Positions 11,136 to 25,279 of a stretch of 64,000 nt of DNA are shown here, piece by piece. The DNA comes from Carcharhinus longimanus (lineage: Eukaryota). The notes under the pieces were generated by a model, which searched no databases, was not told where the DNA came from, and saw nothing but the letters and a program-made list of their open reading frames with translations. The stretch spans positions 93,656,477 through 93,720,476 of the forward strand of contig JASCQW010000081.1 of assembly GCA_030264375.1 (NCBI GenBank). The letters run 5' to 3'. Position 1 is the first letter of the stretch. Every line of letters begins with the position of its first letter. A program made the translations under genes and the position numbers.

Positions 11136-14100
11136 CACAGAAACAAGTAATGCTTTCATGATCAGATTCCAGTTCTTGAGTGCTTCTGCGCCTATTTTCT
11201 TCGGCGTTCCTGACGTAACATTGGAACTGTACTACAAAAATACTATATAGTAATGAAGTGGTATATGTTTGCTAACACCCAATAGGAGACACACTCCATT
11301 CTTCCAAACTTTTGTTATTTCTGTATATGCAATATTTCGTAACTGGGAAATGTCAGCATTCTGTCAATAGGCCGCAGCATTTCATTCACTGTGCGAATTC
11401 AGGGAGAGACTGGATAGTATATTTGCATAAATGGAACCTCATACTTTGCTTTGCTCTAATCTGCCTTAATGAGAGTTATGCAAAGTTACACTTGAACAAC
11501 GACATCCAATGTAAGGAAACATTTTGTCCTTGACCACTTTTTGATTGTTTGGTACGATCCAACGTGATAGGGGTCCGTGCAGACCGATGATGTCACGAAG
11601 ATTTCCATCCTGGAACTGATGAGGTACATTTATCTTCTAGTATGTGACAATGAACGAGGAGAAAATAAAACGTACGTATCTGCACAGACCCTCATTCAGT
11701 CATTTAGCTTTACCAAATTTGCCACTTTTCTTTTGAGAAACGTTGTGCTATTCTGATCATTTGCTAAACGTATATCAATATCAACAGTCTAGCTTGAATA
11801 TTAAACGCATGAACGATGAACTGGTTGTTGGTAAGTACCCATCCTCTACTTTAAGAACAAGGGAAGTAAATGCCATTAAAATAATCTAAAGATAAATGTC
11901 ACAGAACGTGAGTCTTTTATTTGCATCATTTTGAGCAATAATTCCAACGACATATTTGATCATTTTGACGTTTTGTTTTATTATGTAACACCATTTGTAG
12001 TTCGTTTTTTGGTAAGTAATGTGTATAACTTGTGAAGTAGGGAAAAAAAAGGTGAATGCATTTTGTACCTGAATGGGAAGTGTTCATGGATTTTGTACTT
12101 AGAATATGTCACAAACATACCCTTTCATCATGACTGAACTTCTCAAGCTTATACTGTTCCTTGCATTAATGAGTTATTTGTTCATGTCTTACATGCTTTC
12201 ACTCTCATTTGTATAAAGGCAGATAGTTTAATGTGGCTGTTATTTTGTAGACTTTGTAAATCTTACCTACTTGCGTTAGTTAGTAACTCAAGTAGTTACA
12301 CTGATGGTAGTTTATGATCCCGGCCTTTAACAGCTGCTGATAGCAGATAACAATACCGGCTATTAACAGGACGGCTCCCGCTTGGACAGCCGCAATCACA
12401 CAAGTAACTTCAATGACAGGAATGCCGGGACTGCTGCAGAAGGACTTTTCTTTGTCCTGACTGCAGGCCTGTAAATCCTGATTAACTCTGTGGCTGCATC
12501 ACAACCCAGGAAGGAAGAACTGTAGGTCTGGCAGGAATTGGAACTTCGAATCATGATTCCTGCTCGAGCTCATAACCCTCTTGTGTTTATGTTCTATGAG
12601 AAGTCTGGTAATCCATTGTAAGCAACCAGTTACTCCCAAAATTCTGGAATAAGACACCAGAGTTTTGTAATAAAACAACACTGTATTTTGATGACTGCCT
12701 CAGAGGTATTATTTTACCTACAACACTTGAATGCGGATTGAACGTGTTATGAAATCAATCTGATTTCTATGCTCACTGTACATTTAAATTGCTGAGCGCA
12801 CAATGAAATGGAGTATAAGGTGTAATTCTTGGAAGCAATGACTTTCAATTGACATGGAAATCACGTGTTACTATATTTCCCTGCAATGTTCTCATGCCAG
12901 CTGGCAAATCCGTTAACGTATCATAAGCAGTGCCAATATAAATTAAAATAAAATGTTTGTTTCAGTTCCATACAATGTGGTAATTCGCAACACGAAACTT
13001 GTTCAAAATCTACTCTGCTGTTCGTATTACATTGTGTAAGTGAATAAAAGAACGTGGATCCGAATGGGGTTTTGAAAGATAAAACAGGGAATATTGGTTT
13101 ATGTTACCATTGTTGCTCATGTAAAAATGTTTGGAAATTGAAGGTGGTGTCACAATAGCATAGCTCCATCGTGAAGAGGAACACAAACTTCCGCGTGTTC
13201 CCCATGATTCTAATTAGTTAGATTAGAATTCTGTCTATATGAATCAGCATGCATTGAATTATTCAATGGATGTCCCNNNNNNNNNNNNNNNNNNNNNNNN
13301 NNNNNNNNNNNNNNNNNNNNNNNNNNNNNNNNNNNNNNNNNNNNNNNNNNNNNNNNNNNNNNNNNNNNNNNNNNNNATTCAATGTATATCACCCCCCCCC
13401 AAAAAAAAAGCCCAAGGTGCAAGGTGCAAGAAGTAGGCATTAGTTGTGATGTTATCTGAAGTTTGAAGAATCCATTTTGTTTGAAAGCTTATGACAATTT
13501 ATGTGTCTTCCAATTACTTATTTCCGTCATACGTTTGTCTGATTAGTTGATGGTGTCAGTATTCAAAAGATACCAGCTATTTGGTGCACGAGAGTGCAAT
13601 CACGTGATTTTGCAAGCAAAGACGGAAAAGGAAAATGCCCCGTCGCTTTCGATTTGTAATAATAACAAAAAGTTTTTGTCTGATGAAAAGCGTGTTTCTG
13701 CAGATTAAATTTAAATGTGTTCTTTTGACATAATGGTTGCCCCTTCACATTGTGTGGATTACAATATTTCAAACACTGAATACAATCGTTAAACAGATCA
13801 ATGTTAAGCCAGAAACTGTACAAATCTACCTCGCTTACGTTCGTGGTAGTTGACATATCGACGTTGCGAAAATGAGTGGCGATTTTGTGCAAAATGCCTG
13901 TATTAAATATTTATGAGTAACAATTGCACTAGGTCGCTGCCTCTTCTGCTCTGCGCAGCTGACTGAGGGAAAATTGATGAAGAAGATTTTTTTTTAAGGC
14001 AATACATGGTCTGTTTATTTTAATACACAATCCCGTGTTATGGGGTTGATGGTGGGGGAGGGCGTGGCAAAGCAAATCTAGGGCAAAATGCATATTTTCT

Positions 14101-15514
14101 AGTTAATAACAAAGTTAATATTTTCAAATATTTACATTGTGATTATAATTAGCAACATTGCTAACCCAATAGAAAATATCACAGTCCAATTTTAGCAAAT
14201 TAAGCGATTATGCAATACACAATGGATGTTATTAATCATCATTGTTGCACTTTTTACGTCATAAAATGATTTTTGATAGTCTCTTATACAACAAAATAGA
14301 ACAACATAGAAAAAATAAAACAAAAGCTTATATTCACATAATTATTGAGATGCATCTTGCTCTTTTTAACTAGCAAAATGATTACACCCCAATTTCCAGA
14401 TGTTAAAGTTGGTGCAAAGTTCAATAATCACAGCTTTGTCACAGAATGACATGACTAAAAGGAAATATGAAAAAAAATCTGGTGAAAAGCCATTTTGCAG
14501 AATATGCATCGCTAACCAATGTTCACGAATTAGAAAGAAAACGATTATTCACACTCACATGTGAGCAGTCAAAAACACACATCTTCAATAATTAATATGA
14601 ATTTTAACAGCAATGAAAGAATAAAACGTTGGAGGAATTATTTTACCAGTCTCTTGCTGATTCGGGGTTGTATCATTCACTTTTAATATTAAGGAAAACA
14701 AATAATTAGTTCACTAAATGCTGAAATATCTTTTGCCCGCCGAAACTTCCAATGATTGAAGGAAGAGCCAAACAGAAAATCATTCACGGTACAAATGCAA
14801 GTTTGCACATTTAAGTATATCGCTAAACATATTAAAGCTGTTTAACTTTTCTCCATATGATAATCAAACAAAGAATAGTGCTTACTTAAATACAATAAAA
14901 CGGTTTGATAATAGTTTCTGTAATTTCATTCAACACATGTAACGGGGAAGGCTGAGCGCAGCAAAGTAGGAACAAATGCTGGAATCCAGATTATAGCTTT
15001 TCCATTACTTCAGATTTAGAAGTAATTTCAAACAAACTAATTCAGAATAACTGCCCAGAAAATTAAGGTCAGCTGTGAAAAATAATTGGCATTGTAAAAC
15101 ATTTGATCGGCATTAAGTTTTTTTTTTAACAAAGTTTGCTTGATTGCAAGTGTTTGATGTCAAACATAACTGAGAGCATGTGCTCCATGTCTCTTTCCAT
15201 GGTCCGAATCGATGAACGTCCTGTCTTCTTGACTTGCCAAATAGCTTCCTTCAAACTATAAGAATCAACATTTGCTGTCTCTAGTGGAGACAGATTCTGA
15301 AGCTCATTTGGAACTATGTCAGTATTCGTCCTTAACTACTCTGATTTACATCAAATGCACCTGTCATGAACGCAGACGGCACAAATCCTCCCCTTACTCC
15401 CTTGAAAGGTAATAGAGCTGCAGTAACATTGCCTTGATCTTTTTTTTTGCAATATGTTGCGCATTTATTCTGCGAAGAACCAGTATCCCTCCCTAACCAC
15501 AATGTTTTGAAACT

Positions 15515-15990
15515 CACCCCAAAAGGGGCAGTGGTGACAAGAGAGACAGGTTACATTTGAATTTGGGGGAATCTAATGTACTGGGGAGATTTTCTAGTGC
15601 CATTGGGGAGGCTTGATACCTGTCTGGCTGGGGCAGGTAATGGCGAATAGTAGTAGGGAGACAAAAGAGAAGGTTGAGGACAACACGGAAGTTAATGAAA
15701 ACAAGCAGGGCAGAAAGCATGGGAAGTCGAGAAGGGGCAAGACAGATGAACTCAGGGCATGATGGGTACATGGGGATGGGATATTATAGCTACTACTGAA
15801 ATATGATTAAGGGAGGGATGAGACTGGCAGTTCAGTGCTTCAGGATAGATATGGAATATGATGGATAGAACAGGATAAAGAGAAGAGGGGAAGTTATGTT
15901 TTTGATTCTGAGAACAGAATTAGCACGGCAGTACTCAAATGAGAAAATTCTGAGGTTCGCTCACTGAGAAATACAGGGTCGAAATGAGAC
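15515..15990 (+). mobile_element. CR1 fragment spanning the ORF1 end (SGNH esterase) and the ORF2 APE endonuclease start
   Basis: KRDRLHLNLGESNVLGRFSSAIGEA* (about KRDGLHLN..GT..LAGRF), then KTDELRA..GTWGWDIIATTEI*LREG*DWQF (about DIIAITETWL.EGQDWQL). Confidence 0.8.
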
Positions 15991-15994
15991 ATAA

Positions 15995-16914
15995 TGTCCC
16001 TATGCTGTAAAAATCTGTCTCTGTAACAACATGAATAAGGTGTCCCTCAAAGCCATTTGCCCGGTCATGGTTCAGTTTGAGACAATCCTCTTTGTGCAGG
16101 TTAGAGCTTCCCCAAAAATGCTCACAGTGATCCAGCATCTAAAATCCTTCCTTCAGCACCAACACTTAAGCCAAACATCTTCACTACGTTATTACTGTGT
16201 TCACTAACACAAAACTTTGGAAGTATTTAAGAGTTTACAACATATGTGGTCCTGCTTTTTAGTCTACTGTCTATCTCACTGCATTGTTGGTGCAATACGT
16301 AATCCTTCTTTCTAACTATGGCCATTGGCACGGAAATGTGCCAAGATGTCTGTCTTATTACGCTTTCCATCGAGGATGCAGTGCAAAATTCACTGACATC
16401 CCAGTCCTTAGCACAGGGAGCTAAAACAATATCATGCAGTAATTATAATTGCATAGTGGCGCTTGTCTGTTCTCTAGATTATTAAGCCCCTATTTCTACT
16501 GTCCTTCCTCTGCTGTTCAGACAGCCTGCTTGTGATTCCCGAAGCACACCCTGGAGGAACAGACCTCCAAATGAACCACCAGAATGAAATATAGACTTCC
16601 GGGCGATATCCCATAGGACTCATGTACAACCTGCTTCGTTTTCTTGGATTCACTGATCGTCAGCTAATCCCTTCTTTCCTCAGATCCCTACAGATTTGGT
16701 ACGCCCACCTCTACCGGTATTAATCGCAATGCACTCAGACTCGTGGACGCTCCACAGTATTGCTAACCATTGCTCCAGTAGTGCTCCGAGAAGCTTCCAG
16801 GAGCTGCAGATGAACACACTTCCTACACGTATGCTGGCTCCGGGCCCTGAAAATTTGTGTTGTCCGCAAAATGGAGGAAGGGGAGCAAAGAACGGTTTCG
16901 AGCTGACTGGCCAT
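15995..16914 (-). mobile_element. CR1 ORF1 (zinc finger/coiled coil plus esterase), decayed
   Basis: ATG at 16914 gives MASQLETVLCSPSS...HTCRKCVHLQLLEA (CxxC knuckle). The C-terminal part reads LDHCEHFWGSSNLHKEDCLKLN (about LDHW..FWG..DLYK.DGLHLN; ORF 15935..16138). Confidence 0.75.
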
Positions 16915-17899
16915 ACCTAAACCCTTTTAAGTTTTCAAACCTATGGACCACTTTGAAAAAAAAAGTCAAATATTTACCGAACGTTTTTTTTTCAACTTAT
17001 ACCATTAGGTTTTACCTTCAGAATTGTTGTTTCCCTACCTAGTCTTCAGTTCTAGAGTCTGACATATAGATTACCATCTCAACATTTGAACTGTCTCCTC
17101 ATCCCAGTGCTATATGGATGCTGTCACGCTTGTATTGACGAGATGGTCCCTTAAATATCTCATTTTTGCTTTTAGGTCCCACAACTTAATTTACCTTTCG
17201 ATCTCAAAATTTAACAACTTGTTCTCAACTGACTTTTTTTTTAGGTATGTGTTTCACGTTACTGTGGCCGGCATTATTCATCATTCACTATGCCTGTTCC
17301 TCAAAATCCTAAATATCAAATATTTTCTTCAGTTTCTAGATTGCATTTCGTTTTCTAATGCAAATGTACATTTTCAGATATTTTGTTCCCTTTTCACATT
17401 GATAAAGTTTTATAACATATTCCCCGCTCTCTGCACTACAATTTGAAAAAAAAAACATTTTGAACAAATGCACCAATTCCAGGCCATGATTGTTTCTGCA
17501 ATTCGGTAACGTCAAAAGTATATTAGCTGCGAGATGTTTTGGTCCATCTTGGGAGCTGCATTTGGAAGCCCCCGACAAATGGAATAAAATTCAATATAAT
17601 TAGGAAAAGAAAAACAAAGGTTGAAAATTTCGAAATTTCACTTAAATAATTGTTTTTTAACAGTGGTCGACTGAAAAAAAGAACCATTATGAAAATAATT
17701 CAGCAACGGAAAGAAACTTCCATCTGTCTTTAATCACAGAACAACAACTTCATTGACTGTTGCAGAAGAGATTCTATGTACGTATGATGCATTTCATGAG
17801 CATTTCCGAAAAAAAAGTGGTTTTCATCAGGCACAGGGTATGCATTGTGATCTTGCAATACTGAACAGATTGCAAACATACATCTCACAGTACGAGTGG

Positions 17900-18320
17900 A
17901 CTATTCTACACTTATTAGCTTGCTTACCCATCCTGTAAGTTTATAGCTTATCGTCTTGTAACTTCAACCCTTATTCTTTCCTACTAATACCTTCACCTTC
18001 TAATCAAGAATATATCTAAATCTGCCTGAAAAGAAATGAAATAAAAACTCTTCGATTCCAATACAAATGGATACAGTTGCGGGGAGTTGCAAACCTCGGA
18101 GGGAAATAGCATTCATAGTCTCCAACAGGAGGAACCATCCACATTCACTGTGCCAGTATTCCTCGGGATCTTTAAGATTTTTATCAAGTCATGCCTTATT
18201 GCTTTAAACTCTTGTAGATACTAACCCAGTTCTTTAGTGTTTTCTTTTAAGGCACCCGTTTGCAGGAATAGACTAGTAACATTTCTCTGAATTTATTTCA
18301 ATGTATGTAATAATTTATCA
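17900..18320 (-). mobile_element. Old CR1 3' fragment
   Basis: Minus strand resembles VQR.VTSLIP and GMT*.KILKIPR (about GDLIE..KIL). Confidence 0.5.
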
Positions 18321-19731
18321 ACTGAAAAATATTTACTTAATAACCAAGTGAAGAAAACGTACTAATACATATATATTTGATCATGTATTGCGATCTACTT
18401 TCAATCGTGATCATGTTAGTACATATGATAGTCCCGGAAATGTGATTTGCTGATAATCAAATTAATATACTTCGCAAAATATCAATGATCTTCCCTCATC
18501 GACGCATATCAGACCCCTAACTTGAATAACCAGCGAAAAGTAAAATATGTATTTTAAAAATGAGCAAACATAAAAGAGATAACACTGTTAAGTGTTTGCG
18601 CTAACAGCTATCTGTTGTACGTAGAGTTAGTGCAGTGTACAATTTATGCAGTCACTCGTGTCTTCTATCTGGAAAGTAATAAACTATGCATAGAAAAAAT
18701 ATTAGTTATAATTGACAATCTCCATGTAATTGGATATATCTAAAGAATACACTGTCTGTTTCATGAATGTCACAAAATACTGCTAATTTAAATATATGTC
18801 ATTATGTTAAGTGAATTTTCCAAAGTATTCATAACTTTCACGACAATTTCTGTGCTCACGTAAATTTTCCATACTTTCGTTTGGATAGTGTGGTTCTGGA
18901 ATATAAAGAAACAAATACGGTTATATTGCTGAGCCAAAGCTGATATCAACTGATCAGAACCTCTGAAAGTTTGCCAAGGCGGAGCTATCAGGTAAGAAAT
19001 GTTAAATTAGCATTTATATCAGACTCAATACTGAACCTTTTTTTTATTCTGCATGCACAGTGATTGACTGGCGTTTCAACACTAGTTCCAACGACAAACT
19101 AATGGTCTATCTCAATACTCATATGTTGGAGTGCAAGGAAGATTTGCAAATTGCACTGATCCAACTTCTCCTGCGTAAGTAGGATATGCTTTGTTGAGGT
19201 AGAAAATGAAGTGATACGCATTCGCCATTTGGAAGAAAATTTCTGAACTGGCGTGCACTGCATTGTAACATAGGCGGCTAAGGGGTGTATGTTGTATATT
19301 TTTTCAGCTATTGTCATCCTTACACATTTGAAGTATATTTGCTTAAGAACAGATTTGTCAACAACTCATTCTTCTGCCATTTTATTCTCAGTATTAATGT
19401 AATGATCTTCAAGAAGCTGCGTTCTTAATCCAGCAAAACTGCTACTAATTGTTCACGGGTGTTATATCAGAACAGTTATCCGTTTATCACAGCAGCAGTT
19501 GTAATTTGTTCCCTTTTNNNNNNNNNNNNNNNNNNNNNNNNNNNNNNNNNNNNNNNNNNNNNNNNNNNNNNNNNNNNNNNNNNNNNNNNNNNNNNNNNNN
19601 NNNNNNNNNNNNNNNNNTGTAATTTGTTCCCTTTTTCCAGCTTTGAACGATATGGTTGGATAACCATTTGTGTTCTCAGAGGAAAATTGGGTTTTTAAAC
19701 ATGTCACATATTCATTTTAAGTTGTGATTTT

Positions 19732-22295
19732 TAGAACATATATACGAATACATGAAATAGAAGTAGGAGTAGGCCACTACGCCCCATGATCCTGCTTCGG
19801 CAATCAATCAGAAGATTGTTGTTCCGATGGCCCCTTACTGCCCATCTCCTTTCACCACCTTCTTAATCAATAAAATCAATATTTTTTTAGCGTTGTCTTA
19901 AAGACATTCAAAGATTCTGCTATTACAACGTTTACCTGAAGAAAGTTTCAGAGACACGCCGCTTGAAGATAAATAAAATAAACATCCCCATTTCCGTCCT
20001 TATTGACCTTCGATATTATTTATATATAACCTCAAGTATTAGATTATCCGAAAAGAGAAAATGTCTGCTCCACATGCAGCCTGTCTTATTTAAGTTATTA
20101 ATCACATTGCAACTTGCTCATCCACATTACATGGATATAATCCTAAACTGCCCAAATTTATAAGATAACCCATCTATTCTTACAATTGGTTTAATAAATT
20201 GTGTTTGGATTGTATTCAGGTAATTCCTGAACGAAAAAAAACTAATTATTGAACTAATGTACACAATGAGCCAAAAGTGGGCTCAGTAATATCCTGCGCA
20301 TATGACGCATAATTTGCATGCATTTTAATGAACTCCTCTCACAAAAACAGAACAGTAGCTTTAGCGAAAAGTTCGTACATATTCCTATCACCTGCACATT
20401 TGAGCCTGTCATTCTGTACATTGACATTCTACTGTGTTTCCTATGCATGGCACGTACATGCACACAAATTGATTTGGTTTCATGAACTAGCACACCCAGG
20501 TAAACCTGGCCCTCAAAAGTTTGCAATGTGGATATGCAATGTGAAAAGCTCTGCCAATTGGATTGTAGAAGTTTGTATTATACCTTCCAAAGTATTTAAT
20601 GTTACAATTCCTCATGTTATAATACACTTGCCAGAATTCTGCCAGCTCACTTAACGTCCGCTTTAGCTTCCGTACATCCTCTTCACAATTTGTTTTCCTG
20701 CCCGTATTTGAGTTATGAACAAATTTAGCAAACAAATGCGCTCTTTTTTTCAAATGAGTCTTTCATAGAAGATGTTAAATGTTGAAGCGTCAAACCTGAT
20801 CACTGTCGAACATCATTCCTCACAATGCAAACAAGGAAAACCCACATTTGTGCCAACTCCCTATTTCCTGTTATCTCGCAAATTCCTATTCCATGCCAAT
20901 ATGCCATGACCTTGATCATTAATTTTATGTTCCATAATAATTCTTGATTCGGATCCTTTGCAAATACTGACTGGAAATCTAAGTACGCGTGTTTTCTCTA
21001 GCCCCCGGCACACGTGACTTCTTCAAGTAACCGAAACACATCGTTTAAAACTGAGTTCACTTCTAAAAAAAATGTTGACTCTGCAAAGTCTGGCATAAAA
21101 TCCATTTCCAAATTGCACTGATCTAACACATTTACGAACATTTTTTATTACGAGATTTGTTAGGTTAAATTTCCTGCTGGGTTCTATGTTATGTCTTCTT
21201 GCACAATTTGCAGCGTTTGCTGCCTTTCAATCAAAAGAACCATTCTCATATCTACAGAATTTTGTAAAAGTAAAGCCAATCACATTTCAAGGAACTAGAG
21301 TGATGTTCACCCCGTCCAGAGAAGTTATCGGCCTTCAGACCCAAAATTTTACTAAATACAGCTGGCCCCATTGATTATAATTTTGTTGAGATCCTCTCTC
21401 CCTTCCATTCCTTGAGTTAATGTTAATTTTTATGTTTTATGTGTACCCTCTATAGTGACGACAATTCAAATACACCTGTGTAATTCACCTGATTGCTTTA
21501 TTTATTTCATCAATTCACCATGCACATTTTCCTGAGCCCAAACTTTCACTTTGTGTGAAATGTTACTCAAGTTACTTGTTTTCATTCGTCGTTCAACGAC
21601 CATATTGTCTTTTTTTTCTAAAATATGCCTCCCCTGAGCAAACATTATTTCTATTCTTCTGAGCCTTGGCTCATATTTTCTCATATAAATGATTTATTTT
21701 TTCGTTGCATTAAGTATTGTTTTCAACTTTTAAAATATGTGCGGGTGTCGGTCCCTCCATTTGATTTTTTTTTCCTCTCAACGAAATATATCTTTTCCAT
21801 GTATTCAGTTGCATTATATTAAACAGTCTCCATTATTCTACTACTTAAGAAGATTGTTTTTTTTCAGTTTGTTGATCTCCACTTTTGCCCATCATAATCG
21901 CCCTTATTTAAACTTGAAATATTGGCCTTTGATGCACTCTTTTTTTCTCTCTCAAACTGAATGTAACATTCATGTTATGGCCGCAGCACACTAGGACGGT
22001 CTTCATTATAACTTTGTCGGGAATTTTTACATCTCTCCACAATACCAGGTGCATTCCATCCATCGTTTTGGCGATCGAGACCGTGTTGTTCTGAGAAACT
22101 ACCCGAAGGCACACTAGAAAAATGATAGGTCTAAACACTCCATTCTGCACCAACTCATTTTGTCTTGATAATCTGAAAAAAAAATGTAGAAAGATATATT
22201 GGGCATCACTCCTTATTGAATATTGGTGCACACTAACAGGCTCACAGAAGCTAGACGTGTTACCACCTGGATAACTAATTCGTGAGTTCACTGCA
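19732..22295 (-). mobile_element. Long decayed CR1 ORF2 (APE end, linker, RT, 3' UTR)
   Basis: 3' end seen as its reverse complement gaaatagaagtaggagtaggccac. ORF 20487..20753 AKFVHNSNTGRKTNCEEDVRKLKR..LAEFWQVYYNMRNC (about KFADDTKIG...CEED...WQ.EYN). ORF 21908..22291 HLVLW...LVCCGHNM (about LDLVLCNE...LG.SDHNM). Confidence 0.8.
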
Positions 22296-22299
22296 GCCT

Positions 22300-23390
22300 A
22301 GGCTGAAAAATTGGCTGTTCGAATTTAATACAACAGGTTCAGACTCGAGAGGCTATCTTTGAGATGAAAACATATTTCCTGAAATGTGACGTACAGACCA
22401 TTTTGAAGGCAAGTATTTGGCACTGAGTCCAGTTAGTCCAATACATCGTTGCAGGGATTCGTTGGTCTGGCGCCCGAGGGTCAAGAACGTTCCGCTACTT
22501 CATCTATGGGGTGTCAGCGACTTGCAGATTTCGGGCATGGCTGCTCTTTATGGTCCTGTAACGACGAAGGACAATTGAAGGACACTGTGGCTGCAACTGT
22601 TAAAACTACACAAAGCTATGATGCTGAAACTGGGAATGTTCGCCGATGAATGCAACATATTTAGTGTCAGGCACCTCTGCTCAGACAGTGACACGAATCT
22701 TGATCATGTGAGTAAAGAGGGACAACATGCTGAGTTCGCCTGATAAATGTCAATTGCCAGTTAGGCTAGTCAAGTGCCAGCCAAGTTTTGTTTCTGGCAA
22801 CGAGAAAATAAAAATCTAGTCATCCTCCTATATCTGTCAGTGGTTTTGCCTTCACGGAAAATCCTTTCCATTCTTAATCAGACATTATCACTGACCAAGA
22901 GATTAACTGCACAATGATGAAAATGTTTTAGCAAAAATAATAGTGTAAATAGCTAGGAACGTTGTCATAAATTATTCACCTCCCCTCACCAAAAGCGACA
23001 TTTCAGGAATTTGGTGGGACACTAGACACTTGTCTGGATAAGTGTAATACTCAGTCAGTTTACACAATACAGAAGGTGAGCAGTGTCGGCATTGTGAAAA
23101 AGATATAAAAGATGCAATCAAACAATTCGCTAAATCTACTTTTGCAACATGGGCTTTCTCCAACTCAAAGTAACTTGGAAAAAAAAAGATGAATTCGAAG
23201 ACCACCACCTACAAGCATCTCGGCAATCGAAACAGCACCTTAGTTGTATTCTTGTAAGCGTCACTGAGTCGAAATCAGGGCACACCTGTCATCACAGCGC
23301 AATCAGCAACGATGCAGTTTTTCAAGAAATGGACTCGTCACCAGCTTCAGGGCAATTCGGAATGAACAACAAGTGCTGATCTACCATGCA
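22300..23390 (+). mobile_element. Second CR1-group LINE family (RT to 3' end), decayed
   Basis: GMFADECNIFS (about GMFADDCT.FS) near 22633, then aagtgccagcca (KCQ) and atcactgaccaagagattaactgc (about TIDQKLNW). The 3' end cagggcaattcggaatgaacaacaagtgctg is shared with 34090-34270 and the SINE at 56210-56562. Confidence 0.7.
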
Positions 23391-25279
23391 ATTATTACCA
23401 TGATTATTGATACTGAGACGAATAACAACATGAGATCTTACAATTGAGCAATATTCAACATTTTGCGTTGTTCTCTGTTTTCACTGATTTATTACGGGCA
23501 TGAAGAAATGACGCTTGAAGAACTGAAGGCTTCACAAAACGTAGAAAAGCATTGTTAATATTATTGGAGAAATTCATATCGTTTACAATTCATGCACCCA
23601 TCCTTCCAAACTTCCAACCAAAACCAACAAAACAAAAGTTACACAAAATGCCTACAATTTACAAAACCTGCACCGCGTGCCATTGTCGCGAGGAAATAAA
23701 ACAAAGAGAACCCAATGAGGTGATTTTAGAGGAAACAACAATTAATTGTCATTCATTTATTTGTTAAACATTTCTGTTTTTACCTTCCTCTGTCGCAGAC
23801 AGCAAGCTCCCTAATAGAAGAAAAGTTATACATATTCACAATCAGCAAATCAGTATAATCGCTTCAGTTTTCTCATAACTCTGTGAAATAGTCGATTTCC
23901 GCTTTGTTTCAAACGTTGCAACTTCAAGTTACAAACAAACACAAGATGTGAATGTTATAACATAAATAGCAGTTATTGTTACAGAAAACTTGCTGAGTTG
24001 ATGGAAAATCGCGTACAAACTTCATCAAATTTTGTTGCGTTATTATTGGAATAGAGCGAAAAATATTTCAAGTTTAGCTATACATCTTAATGGGTACATG
24101 TTGATGTGTTTTTTTTTAGCTGCGTTTCTTAAACTTTCCAGCAGTACTTAAATTCTGTAGCGAAAAGTTAGAATAGAGATGCCCCTTTGAACAAATGGCA
24201 TATATTGTCTTATTCATGTTTTAGTCCAGTTATTTGTATGGCCCTTCTGAATAACTTTATCATTGTAGTCAAAGAACATGAAAGTAAAACGATATCTAAA
24301 TTTGGCGTATGAACTGCGTCATGTTCCTGCATTAAATTCGAGTAGCTCCTCATGTATTGCTCAAGTCAAACGGTGAGTTATTTATGGTTATCATTGCTTC
24401 CTCACACAAATAAAAAATTCATCATTTACCAAATTCGGGATCCAACAGACATTGTGTACATACAATTGTCAATTTCAATTTAATTTAACCTCCATCTTAA
24501 AATGTTGTTTATGTTAAATGCTTGATGTATGCTTGCATATTTCATGATGGCATCTTGTCAATGGTTTTCGGCCAAGAGCCATAATGTCTACAATCTTGGG
24601 TGAGTCAATTGAAACAATAACAAAATAAATAAACGCAGAACCGTTCACTTAATGCACAACGTTGCAAAAGAAGGACAACCCCTCCCCCCCAAATAAAACA
24701 TTGAACTCCACGACATTTCTCTAAGCTACACAAAGCCTGATAGCAGAGAGTGTTTAAAGTCGATGCACAAATACATATCCTCAGGAGGTCATTAACAATC
24801 TTCCAGGCTGCTGGAACGATTTTTTTTTAAATCTAATGGGGGATAATGCTGCAATTTAATTTATGCACATTAACGGGCGTAAGGAGACATAAAGGTTAAA
24901 TAATCTGATCTGAGTTATTCTAATAGACTCTGCGTAAATTTACCCACCATGGAGATCCTAAAGATTCTGAAGCAAGTAACAGCGAATAAAAAAAAAACAT
25001 TGAATTTGTGTGAGTCATTGATTTTGGAATTCGTTTGGTGTTCAATTTTCCAAAGCTTTTATTTTCAAAACAATGATAAGCAGCCTGTGAGTATCAATTT
25101 GGAAATGATGACATTCATGGTAACCTCAGCTGTGTTACAAATAACAGTAATCCAGTAATTCTGTCATTTTCTTACGATAGCTATTTTCAACTGAGATTTT
25201 TTTTTTCTGGGAAATCATAAGGCCGCTGAAGTTGATGTCTATCAGTTACATTTTTGCTCGTCAGACTTATTTTTCATGA

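Noticed and set aside
11738-11830. Exon-like segment ending in TTG|GTAAGT with one open frame
   Set aside because: Atypical GAG acceptor and an unrecognised peptide; insufficient support.
14000-15200. AT-rich stretch with Sox/Oct-like words and a GC box near 14055
   Set aside because: Such short motifs are expected by chance and there is no conservation evidence.
18889-18991. Exon-like segment ending in CAG|GTAAGA
   Set aside because: Stops in all three frames, weak acceptor and no partner exons.
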